48,108 nucleotides of DNA from positions 1 through 48,108 of the forward strand of contig JAUCBJ010005447.1 of NCBI GenBank assembly GCA_032718475.1, in the 5' to 3' direction. Position numbers and translations under genes: made by a program. Below the pieces are notes generated by a model that did no database searches, had not been told where the DNA came from, and saw only the letters and a program-made list of their open reading frames with translations. The stretch comes from Nemertoderma westbladi (lineage: Eukaryota > Animalia > Xenacoelomorpha). Positions within the stretch are counted from its first letter, which is position 1, and each line of letters begins with the position of its first letter. Shown piece by piece: positions 1 through 11,996 of this stretch.

Positions 1-942
1 TTAGACTATATTTGAAAGTTATTTTTTGTGGTACTAAAATAATATCGTCTGGTGTGTTTAAAATTGGCCAAACCAAATAATTAAAAAAATAGGCCACAAA
101 ATGGCACTCTGCTGTGGCCAAAAGTGCCTTTTTGTGCAAAAGGTATTCTGAACAAGTGTCAACATTTCTGAACAAATTTCAAATCATTCCAGCAAAAATC
201 GGCGGAGAAATAGCCGATTTCATGACAAAATATCATTCTTAGTTAAAGGCGTTTAATATGTCGCTTCATTTTTAAATTTAATATGTAGTCTGCGAAAATA
301 ACAATATTACGATCCATCGGTATTGTCTTATTTGCTTACATTTCATAATATCGATCTTACGATTTATATTTTCATTAACTTTTTTTATTTTCTGAATTTA
401 TTTACTATTTCTCACTGAAAGTGGATATGTTTATTGAATTTTAATAGCAGCAAAATGGCCTACTTTAAGACCATGTACTTAAAAGGCCATTAAAAAGGAT
501 ATGGCCCCTACAAAACAATGCCCCCTGTCCTAAAGGCCTGTTTACACGTGGCAACTTTTAGAGCAACTTTCTCGGCAACTAGCAATGTGTTTGGAGCAAT
601 TTAATTTAATCGCTGTTTAATGTTTACACGTGGCAACTTTACCAGCAACTTCACCAGCAACTTGGCCGGAAACTTTTATAGCAACTTGGCTATTTTGACT
701 GTAAAATAGTGGATACTGTTTCAGTATGCATACACCCCTCACCAAATTATATATACTATCTAGTTTTTGATAATTTCTTTTTTTTTTAAATTTTGAAAAA
801 ATTAATGTTCTAAAACAAATATTTTTTTAGACAAAGGCCTTGTTAGTATTTAAAAAGAACGGGATGGATATAATACGTATATAAAATGAATAAAATAACT
901 TTTTAGGCCGCGTTCACACTACCGAGTCAAAGTCAAAGTTAA

Positions 943-2775
943 CCCTATTAAACCTGGACAAGGAGGGGGCCAATATGACCCCCCCCCCCCCCCGTGGTTT
1001 TTTTATTATAATTCTGCAACAAACGCAGTTGGGAATCTGAAATTTTATGACTTTTCCTAAAAATCTATTGTATTCCTAGTAGTGAAAACCGTTTTCAAAA
1101 ATATTGGGTAGTTTTCGAGTTATAGACCATTTTTTAACCCTACTTTTGGCACTTTTTTTGAAACGTTTTTTGAAAATTACATTTCATTAAATATGAATTG
1201 TTTGTTATTTTTTTTTAATTTTTATTTACACCGGTTTTTTGGTCTTAGCAATTGGATGGAATTCATATAAATTGATTTAGAAATTTCAAACTTGTTTTTT
1301 CGGCGGGTGCCAAATTTTGGTGCCAGCACCAAATTTTGAAATATGTCAATTTTGTAAATTGATTGTTTGAAACTTGTTTTTTACGCAATTGGGGTTTTTT
1401 GGGGTTCTGGTTTCGATGAAATATATACGAGTTGCGTATCAAACTTGTATTTTTCGGTGCTGTGTGCAAATTTTGGTGCCAGCACGAAATTTTGAAAATC
1501 CATTCAATAGATAAAATTGCTTGTGACAATTTATTTCTTGCATTTTAGAGGTTTATGGCTGTTCTGAATTCAATGGAATATATAATTATCGAACTAGACA
1601 TCTCAAACTTGTATTTTTCGGAAGTGGGTGCAAAATGTGGTGCTAGCACCAAATTTTGAAAACCATCAAATATATCAATTGATTGTGCCATCTTGTTTCT
1701 TGCGTTATACGGGTTTGTTAGGGTTCTGAATTCAATGGAAACAGTAAAAATTCATAAGAGTTTTCAAACTTATATTTTTCGGTGCTGTGTGCAAATTTTG
1801 GTGCCAGCACGAAATTTTGAAAATCCATTCAATAGATAAAATTGCTTGTGACAATTTATTTCTTGCATTTTAGAGGTTTATGGCTGTTCTGAATTCAATG
1901 GAATATATAATTATCGAACTAGACATCTCAAACTTGTATTTCTCGGAAGTGGGTGCAAAATGTGGTGCTAGCACCAAATTTTGAAAACCATCAAATATAT
2001 CAATTGATTGTGCCATCTTGTTTCTTGCGTTATACGGGTTTGTTAGGGTTCTGAATTCAATGGAAACAGTAAAAATTTCATAAGAGTTTTCAAACTTGTA
2101 TTTTTCGCCGGTGGGTGAAAATTGTTGTGCCAGCACCAAATTTTGGAAAATGAGTAAATTGATCAGTAGATAGTATCATCTTGTTTCTTGCGTTATACGG
2201 GTTTATGAGGGTCCTGAATCCGAATGAATCAATAAAAACAGCACTGGACATCGCAAACTTGTACTTTTTGGTGATGGGTACGAAATTTGTTGCTAGCACC
2301 AAAATTTGTGAAATTACGTCGCAAAATACAAGTAGCAATGATCTGGCATATTTGAAATGTATTCCATTAGAATCAGCGCCCTAGAAAACCTGAAAATGTG
2401 AATTTATAGCATCATGTAAGTGAATTAAAAATTTTGTGTTCTAACTGAAAAGTGCTGGTTACTTGTTTTTTCATTTTTTTCCTACGCAGAGAGGACTAAA
2501 CAGCCATTTATCGTAATCATATAATTTTAAATATTTTCCATTGTATTTTGCGCCCCAGAAAACCTATTTTGAAAAACAATTAGCCGAAAAATGTAACTTT
2601 CAAATTTTGTGAAAATTGTGCACTACTTGTAATTTTGGTGCTGCAATATTACCACCCCAGTAAATTCAGACGTTTTCGTTAATATTTGTAGATTTTAAAG
2701 GGAGGGGTCAATATGACCCCCCCCCCCCCCCCCCCCGGTATTTGTACATCATTTTATAGCCCGGTACTAATAGGG
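943..2775. mobile_element. Non-autonomous piggyBac-like element with internal tandem repeats
   Basis: TTAA|CCCTATTA at 939-950 and TAATAGGG ending at 2775 (right TTAA degenerate). Both ends share a CAATATGACCCCC subterminal motif. No ORF. Confidence 0.6.
1280..2310. repeat. Tandem repeat with ~163-bp subunit and ~325-bp higher-order unit
   Basis: AAACTTRTATTTTTCG recurs at 1441, 1766 and 2092. 1441-1765 is nearly identical to 1766-2091. GCACCAAATTTT recurs about every 163 bp. Confidence 0.85.
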
Positions 2776-3284
2776 TTTTAAAAGACAAAATGTAAAACAT
2801 ATCACATGAAATTAATTTTTTCTAGAATGCACTTATGTATTATATTAGGCCTATATAATGTATTATTATTTATTATTGCTAGCTAGCTATATTTATTTTC
2901 TTTTGAATTTGACCTTGACTTTGACTCGGTAGTGTAAACGCGGTCTTAAAATTTTTGAAATTTTTCAATTTAATTATCATGATATCTAGTAAAATTTATG
3001 GTAGCTAATAAATAATAAAAGCAATGATTAAAGTAATTTCAACAAGAAATTTTTTTTTAAATTTTAAATTTTATTGTTGTTGTTTATTATTTGTTGTTTT
3101 ATTGTTGTTTTTCAAAATTTCTAGCTACAATCTTACTGTCAAAATTTTAAATGTTCTAGAATAAAAACCTCATGATAAAAGCTATTTTTCAAAATAAAAA
3201 ATTGGACTTCTGGATGTCTCTCACAAAAAACCGCTTTATCTAATACTGTTTAATTTAATTTGAATATATTTATAAAAACCTTTA

Positions 3285-3700
3285 AAAAGGATTGTCCCAT
3301 GCAATGCAATATTCCATTGGAGCCACTAAAATTCAAAATGACCTCTATTGGACACTGTTCATAAAGGGCCACCAAAAAATGAAATGGCTCTTACAAGACA
3401 TTGTCCATTAGAGCCACTTAAATATGAAATATATTTCATATATATTAGGCAATTTTCCCTTAAAGCCATCAAATCTGAAATGGCCCATATTGGATAGTAT
3501 CGCTTGGAGCCACTCAATTATAATGTGGCCCGATATTAGCCAATTTGATCAAACGCCTTTGAAAAGGCAATGGCCCAGGCAAGACCTTGTTCCATTTGAG
3601 CCAAAAGTTCGAAATGGCCTTAATTAGTCACTGTTCATAAAGGGCCACTAAAAAATATAATGGTTCTTACAAGACAATGTCCCCTTGGAGCCACCCAAAT
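3285..3700. repeat. Degenerate ~41-bp minisatellite
   Basis: Recurring GAGCCAC/GGGCCAC...AAATGGC...GACA.TGTC motifs. Similar units at ~455-530. Confidence 0.55.
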
Positions 3701-3757
3701 GACAAATATTATTCTGATTTTCTAAAAATAAAAAAAATAAAATGTTTGTTACAATAT

Positions 3758-4486
3758 GTTTTGTTACATTATGTCAACTTAACAGCGTTCTGGTGAATTA
3801 CTCATAACGCTGCAAAGTACTACTTTGCAGCGTTGCGGCCTATAGGACGGAACGTTGCAAAGTAATCAATGACATGGAAACAACTTCAATTACCGTATTC
3901 CAGAATGTATTATTTCCATTTATGTTAATGATTGCAGCTTTATTATCCAATTTGCAGTGACGGGACTAGCTTACTGGATGTAAATAATTGTTTAACATTG
4001 TACTGTAATCTATTATGGCGAAACGTCCAATAGAAGACACTAAATTAACCAAAGAAAGTGACGACAGTGTTCAGTAAAACTCAATGGACACAGACGGTGA
4101 ATAAGTTTGCTTCAGTCGACTATAGTCAAGATGGATTAATGATTTATCACATCCAAGCAGGAGATAACTTCCAATAAACTTTAATTAAATTTAAATGTAT
4201 AAATTAATACTGTGTACCAGTGTACCTGTTAATAAATTTCACTTATATTCGATATAGTACATGATTAAAATGTATAAATGAGCAACCATAAAATCCTTTC
4301 TTCACAAACCGAACGCTGATAAGTTGACATAATGTAACAAAATTACATCCATCATTGCTTGCAAAGGTCACTTTTCAGCGTTAAAGACCCTTGTTTATTG
4401 ATGTAAACCTCCCTCACTGCGCTCGCTCGGTACATAAATAAACTCGGGTCATAACGCTGCAAAGTGCTACTTTGCACACAATGATA
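3758..4486. mobile_element. Unclassified element with inverted arms and a terminal hairpin
   Basis: TTGTTACATTATGTCAACTTAACAGCGTTC (3761) is inverted at ~4311-4340. ~4350-4486 folds back on itself with a CTCACTGCGCTCGCTCGG tip. Confidence 0.5.
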
Positions 4487-5571
4487 TACTGTAAATAGTT
4501 ATTAGATCTAATTAATACGAGATAAAATTCACATTATATTTAATGGGCCTATAGATAATTGTTACATTAGGGTAAGAGGCAAAACATTTCTACAGTCTAC
4601 ATTTATGTCTCCAATATATGAATTACTGGTGGGGGATGGAATTCGTAGGGGTCATAAGATGTATTTACGCTAGTCTATAAACTAATCCCCCACCAATGAC
4701 AAAATGTTAATAATGAAGTGTATAGTACGCGAAATAGTGATAAGTTATCCTTCCTAGAGGTACCGAACGGTCATACATTATTTCTTAAAAAAGCACAAAT
4801 TTTAATCGCTTGTCAGTGAGAATTTATTAAAACCTGTTGTTATTTACAGTATTGTCTCGAGAAATCACATCCGCGTTTTTGACTGTCGGTCATAAGTGAT
4901 AATAATTATCTATAACGAAAGACTTAAAATCGTCTAAAAACTACTTATTGTACAACTCATAATCAGAAATTACAGAAAAGTGAATTGTATACATTATTGT
5001 AGATATATATATTTCTTTAAATATCTGCAAAGGCATTTTTGGCTGTAGAATTAAATTGATAATAAATACTATTGTTTACCGCTAGGGGTGCAAGTTAAAT
5101 TCATAAGAACTAAAGGCAATTTCCTTGTAATTGTTTATTTTGGGCCATTATGCCTAGATTGGGCCATTTTGTTCTAGGTGGGCCATATTTGCCCTAAGAG
5201 GACGTGTACCTTTTGGGCCATCGTAGTAGGATTAGGGCCATTGCTCCAAGCCCAAGGCCATTTAAGGGCCATTGGACCTTTAAAAGGTGGCCCTAATAGT
5301 GGGAAAGCTTATATATATATATATATATGTCGATTCCATTGAGGCCGTTTTGATCTACTGTAAACTGTCGTATGATATTTTAATGGATGTTCAACTTTAA
5401 CTTCTTCTTTCTTTTAACTTCGACGCAATCAAATATAACTGTAACCGTAGCCTATGGACTTTCGTCTGTTGTTTTGTTGTTACTGTAATTTGCATCAAGT
5501 GCCATGCCCCCCCCCCCCCCAACCCCCCTTGCTTCCAAGTCCTACAGTAGATCTACCACGATTTATATGAT

Positions 5572-6120
5572 AAGGGCTGGTAATCCCAGCACAGCATTCT
5601 TAAAAATGTAGCTGCAATGCAGCATGCCGATCCTAGTAATCCCGGAGGGTTATTGAAATCCCGGGATCAGAAATGGTCCAATCCCAGGATAAATCTTGGG
5701 ATTTATAATTTCAGGAATAATGCAGGTGAAAAAATACTGTCAATTAATACCATTGAATATCCTTCAATTTAATATAATTTATTACTACTAGTATATATAT
5801 ATTAATTAACCTTAGTTAACCTAATGTTATCCTACTATACCCACCCTTCCTCCCGAACCACCATTTTAATACATGTCGTACTACCATAGTGATCTCTATG
5901 TAAAGTCGCTATGGATACTACTATCTGCTATTGTCTCCCCCGGGCAAAGCCTGTCGTATAAATACCAGTGCATGGTCGTTTATTTTATCTTGTTTATTTA
6001 TTTTCAAAGCAACTTGGGAAACAGAGTGGAAGGGTTTACTGTGGCAGGCATTCCTTGGCTTAATGAGTCTTTAATCACAGGATTGCATTATCTTCCGGGA
6101 TCCCAGGATAACCAGCCCTA
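5572..6120. mobile_element. hAT-like MITE
   Basis: TIRs AGGGCTGGTAATCC / GGATAACCAGCCCT. 8-bp flanks TATATGAT (5564-5571) and TATATGAC (6121-6128) match 7/8. Confidence 0.65.
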
Positions 6121-6450
6121 TATATGACGAAACAGATGGGATCAAGACATACTATATGCCAAGGCGTACTATGTAATATGCCTTAGATGCGACAGTGGGT
6201 TGGTAGGATGTTACTGACTGACTGAAAATTTGAACAAACAAATTTCCGGATTTTATATTTTTTACTTTCAAACAAAATACAATCAAATACCAAAATACAT
6301 ACAATCAACTAAAAACGTAATTTTTTTAGACTAGTTATAATTTATATTAATTAAGTACAATTATTTTTGAGTCATTCTATATTATAAATGAACTACTGTA
6401 CTAAATTACTTAATTAAATAGAACTATATGTAACAATGTGTTCATAATCA

Positions 6451-7098
6451 CTCGGGGGCCGTCCATGTATGACGTCTGCACTTTTCCCCAAAATGTTGAC
6501 CCCCTCCCTCCCCTAAATCAGATGTCATCAGATAGGCGTTGACCCCCCCCCCCCTCCCCTCCCCTAAATCAGATTTTAAAAAAAATTGTAATAAACTATT
6601 ATATTATGAAGATTATTTATAATCACTTGTAAATCATTCAATTACTATTTTTAATCAAATTATGAATTATATAATTATAGTAAATTATTAATTAATATTA
6701 TAATATAATAATAGTTATTCAATCAGCCAGGGACTGATTCTATCCTCAATAATAGACAGAATTGTAGTACTGCAGTCTCTAACAATCATTAGCTTAGTAT
6801 TAATGTTTCATTTTCAGGCGAACCGCAGTACCCCAGTAGCACGCGTCCCAATCACTGAAACATGGTGACTGGTAACTGAAACAGAAGGTCGTGCTACGGG
6901 CCTTCGGGGGCTTCGAACAATTTAAATAGGCAAGCTATTTACTCTTCTGCTATATCTCTTCTAGCACCTATAAATGAACATGCTGACGTCAGATTTTGGC
7001 TGACCCCCTCCCCTCCCCTCATCAGCACGTCGTCAGATTTTCCAAACCCCCCTCCCCCCCCCCTAAAGTGCTGACGTCATACTTGGACGCCCCCCGAG
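6451..7098. mobile_element. MITE with ~32-bp TIRs
   Basis: CTCGGGGGCCGTCCATGTATGACGTCTGCACTTT versus AAAGTGCTGACGTCATACTTGGACGCCCCCCGAG. Subterminal GACCCCCTCCCTCCCCT repeats. TSD not clear. Confidence 0.7.
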
Positions 7099-7752
7099 GA
7101 TATGTTTCGGTTTTCCTTTTTACGTAATTTTTAAGTGCAATTAATTGTTGCCCGTGCCCGTAAGTGTTCTCGTAACCTGAGTTATGTTTTCCCTTTTACT
7201 TCATTTTTAATTTTCAATACTTACTGATTAATAAAAGAGTGTATTATTATAATTATTATTTATTATTATTAAAACATTTCAATACCAGCAACAAATAGCA
7301 GGTTGAGCGCAAACTGGTCGAAGCCATACATTGTTATGATGGGCTGGATGAGGCAACGCGTCCAGTTCGCAATCATTCGCGGTATGTCTCATTGCCTCCA
7401 CGGATCGTGAATCAAGTGGCATTCTGGTCTTGGGTTGGAAGACGGTGCTGGCCTCCCAGGAATATAGACTGCATAGAAACTGTAGAGAACGACTTCGACC
7501 CCATCTAACAACTAACACAAATATACTCTATCCTCATTTCATTATATAATTATGAAACAGTATTATTATTATGCTATATGCTGTATTTCACTCCTTATAT
7601 GCTAATAAATTTTGTTTCAATACCAGAATACTACTTGCTTTCGGTTTACTGATTTAAGCCAATTTAGTTTCCATTTTTTATTGGTGATGAAAAATTTCCA
7701 AACTAAAGACGAAAGTGTAAAAAGTTTCAAATTAAAGTATATATGTAAAGTA

Positions 7753-8335
7753 TTCGCAGTATTCGCTCCTCCTTGCCATTGTCCCGGGTACTCTCCATTC
7801 GCTATATTCACTCCTCCTTGCTGTTGTCCCAGGTACTCTCAGTTCGCCGTATTCGCACCTCCTTGCTGTTGTACCAGGTACTCTCCGTTCGCCATATTCG
7901 CTCCTCCTTGCTGTTGTACCAGGTACTCTCAGTTTGCTATATTCACTCCTCCTTGCTGTTGTCCCAGGTACTCTCAGTTCGCCGTATTCGCTCCTCCTTG
8001 CTGTTGTACCAGGTACTCTCCGTTCGCCATATTCGCTCCTCCTTGCCATTGTCCCGGGTACTCTCCATTCGCAATATTTGCTCCTCCTTGCCATTGTCCC
8101 GGGTACTCTCCATTCGCTGTATTTGCTCCTCCTTGCCGTTGTCCCGGGTACTCTCCATTCGCTGTATTTGCTCCTCCTTGCCGTTGTCCCGGGTACTCTC
8201 CATTCGCTGTATTTGCTCCTCCTTGCCGTTGTCCCGTGTACTCTCCATTCGCCGTATTCGTTCCTCCTTACTGATGTCCTGGGTACTCTCCGTTCGCCTT
8301 GCTGTTGCTGTTGTCCTGACTACTCTCCGTTCGCC
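7753..8335. repeat. 45-bp minisatellite, ~13 copies
   Basis: Unit TTCGCYRTATTYGCTCCTCCTTGCYRTTGTCCCRGGTACTCTCCA. Explains the many overlapping repetitive ORFs here. Confidence 0.95.
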
Positions 8336-9279
8336 TTATAAATAAGCAGGTATACAGTGCTGGAGTGCTGCTTGTACCCCAGGCGGTGACTGCTGCACTG
8401 TACTACAGTACTAATGTAGAAGTCCCTGCCTAACGAACTGCCTAATTTATACAAAGATAGTATTAGGTATCTGAATGTTGATATCAATGGTATTCCGAGG
8501 CGTACAGTGGCGTACAGAGGCGTACAGTGGCGTCACGACCAATCACAGATAGTTTTTAAATTTTGAATAATTTTTAAACTGAAAATACCAATATTTAAAC
8601 TCGGCTATTTTAGCATCTTATTGAATTCTGTAAACGCCATTATGTTTCTGTGATATTATTGCATCTAATTAATCTGGTTTTGAATTTGAGTCGTGAACCC
8701 CATTGTGACAAAATTTGATTTTTTTTGCTAGCATTATGCGTTTTAAGATTCAAAATCCTCTTCTTTTAAGATTCAGAATGTTCCTTTTTAATTTTTTTTA
8801 AATAGTTTAAAATATTTTATGAACATAAAAAAAGGCTAAATAAAACTAAATGAAACGAAACATTTCTGCATTTAAGGAAGTAACTTTACATTCATAAACT
8901 GTTTCTGACTTCTTTTAAAATGTTGTGAAGTTTCAATTGTGAAACATAAAGATAAATTTGATGTTATCATTTCATATATTAGGCATCGTTCTGAAAACAT
9001 TCATTCACCTTAAATAATGTGATATCATTTATATGGTGTATACAGTACATATTACAACACAAAGTGCACTCAAGATTACCTTTAACTTAAAGTCCTAACT
9101 TTACAAACACATTTTATATTCGTATATCCCTCTAGCGGTTATTATATGAATCTTGAGTTAGGTGTATATTTGCAACGAAAAAAAGAGAGTTAGCACAATA
9201 CCATACAAAGATGATGTTAGAACTATAACGTCTTGGTGGGTATTATTAGTGTGTGCATTGTGTTTGTTTAGGATAAACA

Positions 9280-10445
9280 AACTGTATCTATATTAGTGTG
9301 TCATAGTTAGAAAAGTTCTAAAGATATCGATTTCAAAGACCCCCTTGGAAATAAGCTGCAAAGCTTTAGGGGTAATCCTATAGGTTATTTTGTACAATAC
9401 CTGTACATTGTTTGGTGTATTTGTTGTTTGGTGTATTTGTTATTGTTTTTACATAATGTATAAATTAATATATCTATTTAACTTGAGTATTTAAAGTGGG
9501 TTTAACCTCGCGAATTAGTAGGGCTTCTTTGATTAGAGATTATTGCCCTGCTTCCTATGTTGGTGAAACTACCTGACAATTTTGTGCCCGCATAGGTGAA
9601 CATACGGCAACATTTCATCTAACTGACAAACGTGTAATATCTATTTACATTCCTTTGTGTAAAGTAGCACTTTACACTGTGATGATCCGAGTGCTTTGTT
9701 ACACGAACGAACGTAGTGAGTGAGTGAAAATAAAGCCACGAGGATCAGAACACTGTAAAGTACTTTGCAACAAGTATTTATGTATTTTTATTCCAAAATT
9801 TTAACATTACGAAATGATTGTATATATTATAAAGTGATAGAAACTGCACAAATTAAATTAGTTGCTGTATAAATAAATGTAAAAATAACATAAATTATGT
9901 TATAAAAAAGTTAGCTTATTTTTATGGTGGCGTTTGGAGCTATGTTAATAGTTTATAACTACTGGTTTTTAATATCTACCGGTAGGTAATGTAGTAGGTC
10001 TATCTTATCTGGCTGTCAGGCAATTATTAATAAATACCACCTATTGTTTATGTGGTAACCAATGACGCCATAACTATACATCATTGGTTACCACATAAAC
10101 AAGGGACATTACAACACCAATACTAAATGTACAGGCCAAATACTGCAATGACCTCTAAATTTGTAAGGTGGTGCTAAATAACAACTCGCTGTTAATACTA
10201 ACGGCACTGAGTAATGTTACAATTTTGGAATAAAACTAGTTAATTACTCAGCCGTTCTAGAACATTCACTTACTGAGGACCACCCAACTGATACTAAACA
10301 CTTTCTATACTTTCTTCTTCTAACACCCAATTCGACTCTCTAACCAAAGATTCTAACCTTCTAATTCGCGAGGTTAAACCCACTTTAAATCGATATCTCT
10401 AGAACTTCTCTAATTATCACACACCAATATACTGTAGATACAGTT
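9280..10445. mobile_element. Inverted-repeat element with nested insertions
   Basis: Left arm 9280-9333 plus 9490-9518 is inverted at 10361-10445. The left arm is interrupted by a ~150-bp insert resembling a retroposon 3' tail. Confidence 0.6.
9650..10235. mobile_element. Unclassified element with terminal hairpin and inverted arms
   Basis: Hairpin 9650-9775 with GAACGAACGTAGTGAGTGAG tip. Arms TTTTATTCCAAAATT..AACATTAC (~9786) / GTAATGTT..AATTTTGGAATAAAA (~10211). Central 22-bp-stem hairpin at 10045-10102. Confidence 0.5.
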
Positions 10446-11376
10446 ACTATTAAATAAACATGTCAGAAAGAATTCCTTGTCACTAATTTCAGTTCACCGA
10501 ATTTAAGACATTCTGTCCTCGTGTACCTGAGTTTTGCACTCGATTGAAATAGTCAATTAAAAAGAGACAAAAAGTGTTTCTTTCCTCTACATTTTTCGTA
10601 TCGAAGAACATTACTTTATCTGAAAAATTCACTTTTCCTCAGGAATACAGGGAAAAAGTTGCACTTTCGCTCACTATTGTTACTATTAATCACTAAAGTA
10701 GTTACAGAATGTCTTTCTATCACTAAGTTTATAATAGACAATGAGAAATTTTAACTCAGTCAACTCATCCGCGATTTCCCGTTATCCCAATTCTGGGACC
10801 CGGATCCGGGTGTGTTCGTCGGTGCGCCATACACGCACTGGATGACACGTGGAATGGGCGGAGTTCGTGACGTCGGCATACCGTTCGTCAGTGTGGCTCG
10901 CCAACGACGGTTTTGCATATTTGCAAAGGACTACCACGGAAATGTATGTGAACTTTATTATTATATAGTGTTCTTTGTTCTAGAGTTCTACAGCTCTACG
11001 AACTATTAGTAGTACTATTTATTAGTACCGGTAAAATATTTCTACTAAATCTTACTTTGTAGGCCTATGACACATATATTTATGGTGATTAGGTGATATA
11101 CAATACATGTACCAGATACACGGACACGATACACGTGTACGGTACAGAGTGGTTTGCTATACAAACCTCAATGAATACTGCTCACTGTGATTGATTTAAA
11201 CACATCCTTGAATATTATTCTCAAATTTTAATAATTTATAATAATATAGCTTACTCGACTCACGCAATGCATTGTTTATTCTTTTTTGATATAATAGATA
11301 GTAATTTTATCTTTATTATTGAGTCAACTTAGTTTAATTCATTATGTTTGCATTGCATTCCTTAGGCCGGCGTCAG

Positions 11377-11924
11377 TGTTAGCTTATTCAATCCCGCTAA
11401 CACCCCATAAAGTTAAGCCGATAAGCAATATTGGGAGCCACGAGATTGGGTAATTAACCAACTCGTGCCATCCCAATGAGAATGGGAAGGAGAAGCACAC
11501 AATGAGGGTCAGGGGCCAAACCCCTAACCCAGAGAGAACAGGTGGAGTGAACGGGAACACTCCAAAGGGCGCCAACAAGGGTATCAACCAATCAGAGGGG
11601 GGAAAGGCATCGATTAGGTAGAGTAACAAGGCCAACCGTGCAATATAGCCACTTGGCAGTAATCATATCAATTCAGTTATCTCAGTGCAATATTGGTGCT
11701 AGTTTAGGTTAGATAGTTTAGCTAGGGAAGGACCGGGACTTTAGTTACCGTATCCCGCCTTCCGTATACAACAACCATATTATCTCATATCTATACCTAT
11801 ATCTATATCTGTATACCCAAATATTATATACGACGAACAGCACAAACTCATTTACTCTTTATACACGGCGGGGACGCGTGAACTAACATCGGATAAACCG
11901 GGATCCCTCTTGGATCCCGTCACA
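11377..11924 (+). repeat. 5' LTR (548 bp)
   Basis: TGTTAGC...GTCACA. Differs from the 3' LTR by about 2 substitutions and 1 indel found by eye. Confidence 0.95.
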
Positions 11925-11996
11925 GTAACTAAATCAGAGCTGCCGCCCTAGCTAACTAAACTCAGCAACCACCAGCCACCAATCTGCAGAAGAGAG

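Larger units (their letters stand above)
906..2945. mobile_element. PIF/Harbinger-like MITE, interrupted by a piggyBac-like element
   Basis: GGCCGCGTTCACACTACCGAGTCAAAGTCAA at 906 is the near-perfect inverse of TTGACTTTGACTCGGTAGTGTAAACGCGGTC ending at 2945. TTA flanks both sides (903-905, 2946-2948). Confidence 0.7.

Noticed and set aside
7612-8345. Cys-rich or hydrophobic repeat proteins
   Set aside because: All frames are open only because of the 45-bp repeat. No non-repetitive coding context.
11384-11635. Hydrophobic antisense ORF in both LTRs
   Set aside because: Non-ATG start, antisense to a purine-rich U3, and the C-terminus differs between LTRs through an indel.
11930-11942. tRNA-iMet PBS (ATCAGAGC resembles plant TGGTATCAGAGC)
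   Set aside because: It lacks the TGG that pairs with CCA and does not match the animal iMet 3' end.
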